DNA from: an uncultured Cardiobacterium sp.
GTDB taxonomy: Bacteria > Pseudomonadota > Gammaproteobacteria > Cardiobacteriales > Cardiobacteriaceae
Direction: 5' to 3'
NCBI RefSeq assembly: GCF_938028825.1
Contig: NZ_CALIZP010000090.1
Span: forward strand, 13,374-77,373
Length of the DNA: 64,000 bases
The notes beneath the pieces are model-generated. The model saw only the letters and a program-made list of their open reading frames with translations. It did no database searches and had not been told where the DNA came from. Shown here one piece after another: positions 56,764 to 64,000 of this stretch (position 1 is the stretch's first letter; the number at the start of each line of letters is the position of its first letter). A program made the translations under genes and the position numbers.

Positions 56764-57096
56764 ATGAGACATTATGAAATCGTTTTCCTGGTCCATCCCG
56801 ACCAGAGCGAACAGGTCAATGCGATGACCGAGCGCTACCGCTCCGTCATCGAAGCCGCCGGTGGCAAGGTCCACCGCTTCGAAGACTGGGGGCGCCGCGT
56901 GCTGGCGTATCCCATCAACAAGCTGGTCAAGGCGCACTATGTGATGATGAATATCGAATGTGATGCCAAGACGCTGGAAGAACTGGAAACCAGCTTCCGT
57001 TTCAACGACGCCATTTTGCGTCACCTCACCATCCGTCGCGACGAAGCCGTTACCGAAGCCTCGCCGATGGCCGAAAGCAAGAAGAAGGAGGGCTAA
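56764..57096 (+). CDS. rpsF: 30S ribosomal protein S6
   Basis: [29 protein letters not shown]. Confidence 0.98.
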   Translation: MRHYEIVFLVHPDQSEQVNAMTERYRSVIEAAGGKVHRFEDWGRRVLAYPINKLVKAHYVMMNIECDAKTLEELETSFRFNDAILRHLTIRRDEAVTEASPMAESKKKEG

Positions 57097-57099
57097 ACC

Positions 57100-57312
57100 A
57101 TGGCACGTCGCAGATCCTGCCGCTTCACCGCCGAGGGTGTGAAAGAAATCGACTACAAAGACCTCGAAACCCTGAAATCGTTTATCAGCGAGACCGGCAA
57201 AATCGTCCCCGCCCGCATCACCGGCACCAGCGCGTTCTATCAGCGCCAGCTCGCCACCGCCATCAAGCGCGCCCGTTTCCTGGCACTCCTGCCCTATTCC
57301 GACCAGCACTGA
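57100..57312 (+). CDS. rpsR: 30S ribosomal protein S18
   Basis: [28 protein letters not shown]. Confidence 0.98.
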   Translation: MARRRSCRFTAEGVKEIDYKDLETLKSFISETGKIVPARITGTSAFYQRQLATAIKRARFLALLPYSDQH

Positions 57313-57321
57313 GGAGGACGC

Positions 57322-57771
57322 ATGAACATCATCCTTTTGGAAAAAGTCGCCGGACTGGGCGAACTCGGCGACCGTGTGGACGTCAAAGCAGGCTACGCCC
57401 GCAACTTCCTCATTCCGCAACGCAAGGCCACCGAAGCCACCAAAGCGAACATCGAACGCTTTGAAGCCCGCCGCGCCGAGCTGGAAAGACAGCAGGCCGC
57501 CAAACTGGCCGATGCCGAGCAACGCGCCGCCGCGCTCTCCGGCAAGGTACTGACCATCCTGGCCAAGGCCGGCGACGAAGGCAAACTCTTCGGCTCCGTC
57601 GGCACCCAGGACATCGCCGATGCCGCCATACAGCAAGGGCTGCAACTGGCCCGCAGCGAAGTGATGATGCCGCACGGCACCATCCGCGAGATCGGGGAAT
57701 ACACCATCTCCCTGCACCTCTTCGCCGGTATCAGCACCGAAGTATTGGTGCGCGTCGTCGCCGGCGAATAA
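57322..57771 (+). CDS. rplI: 50S ribosomal protein L9
   Basis: VKAGYARNFLIP, GKLFGSV. Confidence 0.98.
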   Translation: MNIILLEKVAGLGELGDRVDVKAGYARNFLIPQRKATEATKANIERFEARRAELERQQAAKLADAEQRAAALSGKVLTILAKAGDEGKLFGSVGTQDIADAAIQQGLQLARSEVMMPHGTIREIGEYTISLHLFAGISTEVLVRVVAGE

Positions 57772-57793
57772 GCCCGCAGCGATACATCAGACG

Positions 57794-57822
57794 CCGGAAA
57801 GCGGCAACGCTTTCCGGTTTTT
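57794..57822 (+). terminator. rpsF operon terminator
   Basis: CCGGAAAGCG-GCAA-CGCTTTCCGG-TTTTT. Confidence 0.9.
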
Positions 57823-58036
57823 TATTACGCATCCCGCACACGATAAAATCACCGCCCTACCCTGCCCCGGACCCGCAGCGCCCGCACCAGCGGCAAACCC
57901 GACATGCCCCGCCTGCACGGATACCCACCCGGCAAGCAGGCCGGGAAGGCAGTACGGCGCGGCACGCCGGCACAGCCGGATGGTTTTCCGGCATTGACAT
58001 GCCACGCACAACCCTTCAATCACCCAGGAACCCCAT

Positions 58037-58549
58037 ATGCACAAAATCGGCATCATCATGGGCAGCGACAGCGACCTCGGCGTCATGCAGGACGCCGCCC
58101 GCACCTGCGAACAATTCCACACCGCCTACGAACTCACCATCGTCTCGGCGCACCGCACCCCGGAACGCCTGCTGGACTACGGCAAAACCGCCGCCGCACG
58201 CGGGCTTAACGTCATCATCGCCGGCGCGGGCGGCGCGGCGCACCTGCCCGGCATGGTGGCGGCCGTCACCCCGCTGCCGGTCGTCGGCGTGCCCATCCAT
58301 TCCAGCAATTCCATCGACGGCTGGGACAGCATCCTCTCCATCCTGCAAATGCCGGCGGGCGTGCCGGTCGCCACCGTGGCGCTGAACGGCGCGAAAAACG
58401 CCGCCCTGCTGGCGCTGCGCATCTGCGCCAGCCACGACCCCGTCCTGCGCGAACGCATCGCCGCCTATCAGGATGAAATGCGCCGCAGCGTGCTCGACAA
58501 GGCAGCGGCACTAAAAAGCGAATACCCCTGCGACTACCACGGCACCTAA
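58037..58549 (+). CDS. purE: N5-CAIR mutase PurE
   Basis: MGSDSD, SAHRTP, AGGAAHLPG, QMPAGVPVATV. Confidence 0.96.
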   Translation: MHKIGIIMGSDSDLGVMQDAARTCEQFHTAYELTIVSAHRTPERLLDYGKTAAARGLNVIIAGAGGAAHLPGMVAAVTPLPVVGVPIHSSNSIDGWDSILSILQMPAGVPVATVALNGAKNAALLALRICASHDPVLRERIAAYQDEMRRSVLDKAAALKSEYPCDYHGT

Positions 58550-58572
58550 CGGCCACTGCCCCGCCCGCAACC

Positions 58573-59163
58573 ATGCCTGCCGTCATCGAAACCCATCCGC
58601 TTGAACCCTTCCTGCCGCCGGCGGCGCGGTTGCTCATGCTGGGCAGCTTCCCGCCGCCGCAGACACGCTGGAAGATGGATTTCTACTACCCGAACCTGCA
58701 AAACGATATGTGGCGCATCTTCGGCCTCGTCTTCTTCACCGACCGCGACCACTTCCTCACCGCCGACGGCAAAGGCTTCCGCGCAGCCGAGCTGCGCGCC
58801 TTCCTGACGGCGACGGGCATCGCCATCAGCGACACCGCACAACGCGTCGAACGTCTGCGCGACAACGCCGCCGACCAGTCGCTGCGCATCATCGAGCCGC
58901 TGAACCTCGCGGCATTGCTTGACCGCCTCCCCGCCTGCCGCGCCATCGCCACCACCGGCGCCCTCGCGACCACCACCCTGCTCACGCAACTGCCGCCGGC
59001 CACCGCCGCTCCGCGCATCGGTGCCCCGGCCGACACCACCTGCGCCGCCCGCCCCCTGCACCTGTACCGCCTGCCCTCGTCCTCGCGCGCCTACCCGCTG
59101 CCGCTGGCGCAAAAAGCGGCGACCTACCGCGACTGCTTCGCCGCTGAGGGATTGCTTGCCTGA
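58573..59163 (+). CDS. Uracil-DNA glycosylase superfamily protein
   Basis: HPLEPFLP, LGSFPP, FYYPN.QNDMWR, LPSSSRA. Confidence 0.85.
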   Translation: MPAVIETHPLEPFLPPAARLLMLGSFPPPQTRWKMDFYYPNLQNDMWRIFGLVFFTDRDHFLTADGKGFRAAELRAFLTATGIAISDTAQRVERLRDNAADQSLRIIEPLNLAALLDRLPACRAIATTGALATTTLLTQLPPATAAPRIGAPADTTCAARPLHLYRLPSSSRAYPLPLAQKAATYRDCFAAEGLLA

Positions 59164-59294
59164 ACACGCCCGGCAGCGGATATGCCAAAAACGCCCCGAC
59201 ACATGACAAAACGGCCTGAAAACCGCCCCTTCCCCCGCTTGACCGCCCCATAGCGAGCGCCGATAATCGCCCGCCTTTCCCCATTCACAGAATC

Positions 59295-60323
59295 ATGATT
59301 ACCCTGCAACAGCTGCAAAAAACCTATCGCCATAAAGGCCAGGACATCCACGCCCTGCGCGACGTCAACCTGCACGTCGCCGCAGGCGAAATCTACGGCG
59401 TCGTCGGACAAAGCGGCGCCGGAAAAAGCACCCTTATCCGCTGTGTGAACCTGCTCGAACGCCCCGATAGCGGCCGCGTCATCGTTGCCGGCGAAGACCT
59501 CACTGCGCTCGATCCCGCCGGACTGCTGCGCGCGCGTCACAAAATCGGCATGATTTTCCAGCACTTCAACCTGCTTTCCAGCCGTACCGTTTATGCCAAC
59601 ATCGCCCTGCCGCTGGAACTCATCGGTGCGGACAAAAAAACCATCGCCGCCAAAGTGCAACCGCTACTGGCGCTGACCGGCCTCGAAGACAAAGCCGGGC
59701 ACTACCCCGCGCAACTCTCCGGCGGGCAGAAACAGCGCGTCGCCATCGCCCGCGCACTCGCCGCCGAACCACGGGTGCTGCTGTCGGACGAAGCCACCTC
59801 GGCGCTCGACCCGAAAACCACCGAAGACATCCTCAACCTGTTGAAAAACATCAACGAAAAACTGGGGTTGACCATCCTGATGATTACCCACGAAATGGAA
59901 GTGGTCAAACACATCTGCGACAAAGTCGCCCTCATCGACGGCGGGCAACTCGTTGAAACCGCCGACGTCAACACCTTCTTCACCGCGCCCGCCTCGCCGC
60001 TTGGCAAACAGTTCGTCGCACAAACCCGGCGCTTCGACCTGCCGGAAGAATACCAGGCGCGCCTGCACGCGAGCGGCACGCACCCCGTCGTCAAAATCGG
60101 CTTCCTCGGCCAGCACATCGACGAACCCGTCCTCTCCTCGCTGACCAAACGCTTCGGCGTGAACATCAGCATCATCCAGGCCAAAATCGACCACATCGGC
60201 AGCCACACGCGACACGGCCTGCTCGTCGCCGAAATCATCGGCGAGCCGGGGCAGACCCGCGACGCCCTCGCCTACCTCACCACCCAACCCGTCAGCACGG
60301 AAATCCTCGGCTATGTTGCATAA
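59295..60323 (+). CDS. metN: Methionine ABC transporter ATPase
   Basis: GQSGAGKS, FQHFNLL, DEATSALDP, C-terminal NIL domain. Confidence 0.95.
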   Translation: MITLQQLQKTYRHKGQDIHALRDVNLHVAAGEIYGVVGQSGAGKSTLIRCVNLLERPDSGRVIVAGEDLTALDPAGLLRARHKIGMIFQHFNLLSSRTVYANIALPLELIGADKKTIAAKVQPLLALTGLEDKAGHYPAQLSGGQKQRVAIARALAAEPRVLLSDEATSALDPKTTEDILNLLKNINEKLGLTILMITHEMEVVKHICDKVALIDGGQLVETADVNTFFTAPASPLGKQFVAQTRRFDLPEEYQARLHASGTHPVVKIGFLGQHIDEPVLSSLTKRFGVNISIIQAKIDHIGSHTRHGLLVAEIIGEPGQTRDALAYLTTQPVSTEILGYVA

Positions 60324-61041
60324 TCTCCTCAAACTCTGGCATGCCATCAGCGGATGGTGGGAATCCTTCACCATCTGGCTGCATGCCCTCATCGGCGACA
60401 CCGCCTGGCTCATGCTCGTCAGCGCCTGCGAAACCCTCTACATGACCCTGAGCGCGACCCTCATCGCCGGCATCTTCGGCACCCTGCTCGGCCTCATCCT
60501 CTACGCGACAAGGCGCGGCCGCTTCCTCGCGAACCCCTACATCTATTACCCGCTTGGCATCATCGTCAACATCGGCCGCTCCATCCCCTACATCATCCTC
60601 GCGCTGTGGATCGTGCCCTTCACCCGCCTCGTCGTCGGCGTCTCCATCGGCAACACCGCCGCCATCGTCCCGCTCACCCTTTCCGCCGTCCCCTTCATCG
60701 CGCGCATGGTCGAAAACATGCTGAACGAAGTCCCCGGCGGCCTCATCGAAGCGGCACAGGCGATGGGCGCGCACCCGGCGCAAATCATGCGCAAAGTGCT
60801 GCTGCCCGAAGCCCTGCCCGGCATCATCAACGCCTTCACCATCACCCTCATCGCCCTCATCGGCTACTCCGCCATCGCCGGCGCCCTCGGCGCGGGCGGC
60901 CTCGGCAAAGTCGCCTACGCCTACGGCTACCAGCGCTACCGCCCGGACATCATGCTCTACACCGTCTGCATCATCGTCGTGCTGGTGCAGAACATCCAGT
61001 GGCTGGGGGACGCCCTCGCCCGCCGCTTCGATCACCGCTAA
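60313..61041 (+). CDS. metI: Methionine ABC transporter permease
   Basis: ETLYM, RSIPYIIL, GAGGLG..AY.YGYQR. Confidence 0.95.
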   Translation: MLHNLLKLWHAISGWWESFTIWLHALIGDTAWLMLVSACETLYMTLSATLIAGIFGTLLGLILYATRRGRFLANPYIYYPLGIIVNIGRSIPYIILALWIVPFTRLVVGVSIGNTAAIVPLTLSAVPFIARMVENMLNEVPGGLIEAAQAMGAHPAQIMRKVLLPEALPGIINAFTITLIALIGYSAIAGALGAGGLGKVAYAYGYQRYRPDIMLYTVCIIVVLVQNIQWLGDALARRFDHR

Positions 61042-61065
61042 TCCCAACCTAACCGGAGAAAACCC

Positions 61066-61842
61066 ATGAAAAAACTAACCCTTGCCGCCCTCATCGCCGG
61101 CCTTGCCGCCGTCGCCCAGGCTGCCCCCTTCAAAGTCGGCGCGATGACCGGCCCCGAAGGTGAACTCGTGCACATCGCCGCCAAAATCGCCAAAGAAAAA
61201 CACGGCCTGGATGTGGAAGTCATCGAATTTGAAGACTACGTCATGCCGAACGTCGCCCTCGCCGACGGCTCCATTGACGCCAACGCCATCCAGCACAAAC
61301 CCTACCTCGACGTCATCACCAAAGAGCGCGGCCTTGACCTCGTCGCCGTCGGCAACACCTTCGTCTATCCCGTCGGCGCTTACAGCAAAAAAATCAAAGA
61401 CATCAAAGAACTCAAAGACGGCGCAAAAATCGCCATCCCGGGCGACCCCACCAACGGCGCGCGCGCCCTCATCCTGCTCGACAAACAGGGCCTGCTCAAA
61501 CTCAAAGACAACACCAACCTCGAAGCAAGCGTGATGGACATCGCTGAAAACCCGCACAACTACAAAATCAGCGAAATCGAAGCCTCACAAGTGCCGAGCG
61601 TGCTGCCTGACGTTGACCTCGCCATCATCAACTCCAACTACGGCGTCAACGCCGGGCTCATCCCGAAACGCGATTCCCTCTTCATGGAAGACGCCAATTC
61701 GCCCTACGTCAACATCATCGTCGTGCGCACCGCCGACAAAGACAAGGACGAAGTGAAAAAATTCGTCGATGCCTACCAAAGCAAAGAAGTGGAAGACGCC
61801 GCCGAAAAATCCTTCAAAGGCGCCGCCGTCAAAGGCTGGTAA
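61066..61842 (+). CDS. metQ: Methionine ABC substrate-binding protein (no lipobox)
   Basis: FEDYVMPN, QHKPYLD, PGDPTNGARAL, SPYVN; signal AQA-A. Confidence 0.93.
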   Translation: MKKLTLAALIAGLAAVAQAAPFKVGAMTGPEGELVHIAAKIAKEKHGLDVEVIEFEDYVMPNVALADGSIDANAIQHKPYLDVITKERGLDLVAVGNTFVYPVGAYSKKIKDIKELKDGAKIAIPGDPTNGARALILLDKQGLLKLKDNTNLEASVMDIAENPHNYKISEIEASQVPSVLPDVDLAIINSNYGVNAGLIPKRDSLFMEDANSPYVNIIVVRTADKDKDEVKKFVDAYQSKEVEDAAEKSFKGAAVKGW

Positions 61843-61862
61843 AACACACCTGCCAACACAGA

Positions 61863-61889
61863 CAGGCATCCGCGAGGATGCCTGTTTTT
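61863..61889 (+). terminator. metNIQ terminator
   Basis: ACAGGCATCC-GCGA-GGATGCCTGT-TTTT. Confidence 0.85.
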
Positions 61890-61934
61890 CATGCGCGCCG
61901 CTTGACGAAGCCAACGCCACTCCGCTTGGCGGGC

Positions 61935-61956
61935 GCAGGATGGGCTTTAGCCCATC
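61935..61956 (+). repeat. Single REP-like palindrome
   Basis: GCAG-GATGGGCT-TT-AGCCCATC resembles GTAG-type REP units. Confidence 0.45.
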
Positions 61957-62279
61957 GAGCAAGCGCAGCCTGCTTTTGCGTTTTGGGTAAGCGCAACTGC
62001 CAAGCGGGGAAACCACGCGTTTCCTTGATTTTGAGAACGTTGCAGGCAACGCCTTTACGAGAGCCAGTATTGACACCGCTTGACACGAAAAGTCCCTTCC
62101 ACTGAGAGAGGGGTTTGGGGAGAGGGTCAAGCAAAATCGCGCAGCGCAAATCCTGCCCCCCGCCTAGCGCGCCCGGCAGCCACGCCGCCTGACCAAGAAA
62201 CCGCCATAACGCGCCCTCTTCCCCGCCCAACGCCGCGATTGGTATAAAATCCCGCGCAACCAAGCCAACGGAAACCCCT

Positions 62280-63569
62280 ATGACCCGCAACACCCTGTTC
62301 CCCCTGCTCCTTGCCCTCCTCTTCCACGGCGCGCTTGCCTCGGGCGACATTGACGACATCAACACCTGCGACCGCGCCGCCGATCCCATCCACCCCGGCA
62401 ACCCCACAGGCGTGGCAGGCGTCAGCAACATCACCTTCCGGACCGGCAGCGGCGACGACGGCGACGCCCCGGCCGATAAAAACACCCTCGTCATCGCCGA
62501 CGAAGCCATGTGGGACGCCCTGCGCCTCGCCTGCGAAAACAGCGCCGAGACCCATGTCGACACCCCGCGCTACGCCTACCAGCTCGCCCGCCTCTACGAA
62601 GCGCGCGGGCATCACGTCTCCGCCGAAAAATATCTGCGCCGCGCCGCCACAGCGGGCGACCCCGTCGCGCAGACCCGCTACGGCATGGAAAAAATCAACC
62701 ACTGGCACAACAAGGCGGGGCTCAAATGGCTCGGCCGCGCCGCCGCCCAGGGCTACATCCCCGCCATGGAAGCCCTCGGCGACTACCACGAAAACAGCGT
62801 TGACATCGCCCGCTCCGCCTTGTGGTACCAACAGGCCGCCGCAGCCGGCAGCGGCTACGCCGCGCGCCGGCTCGGCGAAATCCGCCTGGCGGAAAACCGC
62901 CGCGACGAAGCCCGCAACTGGCTGGAACAGGCCGCCGCCCACGGCGACATCCGCGCCATGCTGCTCCTCGGCGACGCCTACCGCGACAGCGCCCCCGATA
63001 AAGCCCTCACCTACTACCGGGCCGCTGCCGAAGCGGGCGAAAAAGACGCCTACTATCCCTACGCCCGCGCCCTGCATCAAAACGGCAAACTCACCGAAGC
63101 CCTGCCATGGTACCGCAAAGCCGCGCGCGACGAACAAGACGGCCGCGCCGCCGAAACCCTCGGCGAACTCTACCTGAGCGGCACGGAAGTCCCGCAAAAC
63201 ACCGCCGAAGCCCTGCTCTGGCTGCAACGCGCCCACACCCCGCGCGCCGAAAACCGCCTCGCTGCTCTCTTTGAACACGGCGACGGCGTCAACCGGGATA
63301 CCGAACTCGCCCTCGAACACTACGGCAACGCCCTGCTCGCCGCCGACGACAGCGCCGGACAACAAGAAACCCGCCACGCCCACCGGAAAATCGCCGACCT
63401 GACCCCGGGCAACAACCGCGCCGCCGCAGAAGTCCGCAAACAGCACTACCGCGCCGCCCTCATGCTCGGCGACGACAGCGCCATCGAGGCCCTCACCGCC
63501 CTCGGCGAAGACACGGATGCCATCAACGCCCTGCTGCAAGAACGGCGCGACACCCCGGAAACACACTGA
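62280..63569 (+). CDS. Exported Sel1-like repeat protein
   Basis: Signal peptide; repeated A..WY..AA..G...A...LG motifs. Confidence 0.88.
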   Translation: MTRNTLFPLLLALLFHGALASGDIDDINTCDRAADPIHPGNPTGVAGVSNITFRTGSGDDGDAPADKNTLVIADEAMWDALRLACENSAETHVDTPRYAYQLARLYEARGHHVSAEKYLRRAATAGDPVAQTRYGMEKINHWHNKAGLKWLGRAAAQGYIPAMEALGDYHENSVDIARSALWYQQAAAAGSGYAARRLGEIRLAENRRDEARNWLEQAAAHGDIRAMLLLGDAYRDSAPDKALTYYRAAAEAGEKDAYYPYARALHQNGKLTEALPWYRKAARDEQDGRAAETLGELYLSGTEVPQNTAEALLWLQRAHTPRAENRLAALFEHGDGVNRDTELALEHYGNALLAADDSAGQQETRHAHRKIADLTPGNNRAAAEVRKQHYRAALMLGDDSAIEALTALGEDTDAINALLQERRDTPETH

Positions 63570-63582
63570 ACAGATACCGCCG

Positions 63583-64000
63583 ATGCACCCCACCTTCTAC
63601 CTGCACCACCACATCGAAACCAACAACTTCACCGACCCCGCGCTCGCCACCAAATTCGCCGACCTCTGGCAACGCTCGGCGTACCTCTTCGACGGCAGCA
63701 GGCCGGTTTATGGCGTTTATCACCACTACCGCAGCGACTACCGTGGCGATTACCAGTGCAGCACCGCCCTCGCCGTCCCGCAAGCCGACTGCCCCGTCCT
63801 CACCCCGCCCGACGGCATCCCCTACCGCGTCTTTCACACCGACCGCGCCCACGTGCTGGCCACCTGGCAACACCTCTGGCAGCTCGAAGCCGCCGGCGAA
63901 CTGCCGCGCGCCTACCGCGTGGATTACGAGGAATACCACCGAGACGGCAGCGTGGACATCTACGTCAGCGTGAAAAACACCAACCCATTCAACACGACAA
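63583..64000 (+). CDS. GyrI-like effector-binding domain protein, runs off the window end
   Basis: Read manually from ATG 63583: ETNNF...YGVYHHYRSDYRGDY...TWQHLW...RAYRVDYEEY...VDIYVSV. Confidence 0.8.
   Translation, partial: MHPTFYLHHHIETNNFTDPALATKFADLWQRSAYLFDGSRPVYGVYHHYRSDYRGDYQCSTALAVPQADCPVLTPPDGIPYRVFHTDRAHVLATWQHLWQLEAAGELPRAYRVDYEEYHRDGSVDIYVSVKNTNPFNTT

Noticed and set aside
57830..58030. Possible ZTP or purine riboswitch upstream of purE
   Set aside because: GC-rich with small hairpins, but I could not find the consensus motifs.
59164..59294. Possible SAM riboswitch or Met boxes upstream of metN
   Set aside because: No recognisable SAM-I/II consensus or tandem AGACGTCT boxes.

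Overview
This is a GC-rich chromosomal window from a host-associated proteobacterium. The gene content and divergent gammaproteobacterial housekeeping proteins suggest Cardiobacteriaceae, such as Cardiobacterium, but that is inference only. Core genes include dnaQ, frdABCD (with a perfect FNR box), pckA, glpD, glmU, ffs-dnaX-ybaB-recR, ubiM, ampG, an ABC-F ATPase, rlmH, rnd, rpsF-rpsR-rplI, purE and metNIQ. There are five tRNAs: Pro-CGG, two Lys-TTT, Lys-CTT and Ile2-CAT. The most notable observations are: (1) a tandem array of six diverging exported DUF4878/NTF2-like paralogues, alternating lipoprotein and soluble signal peptides, directly upstream of a secreted permuted papain-like amidase; (2) an iron-type ABC operon with a Fur-like box, two binding-protein paralogues, an inserted SMI1/KNR4 gene and a translationally coupled pseudoazurin; (3) about eight copies of a TA-flanked MITE whose core resembles the Neisseria Correia element but has different terminal repeats; (4) an A9 slippery run in dnaX followed by a nearby -1-frame stop, downstream of a 4 x 66 bp coding tandem repeat; (5) several orphan immunity-like genes and housekeeping genes that look horizontally acquired. 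I found no CRISPR array, prophage, integrase or transposase. Family assignments come from motif recognition by eye, not from database searches.
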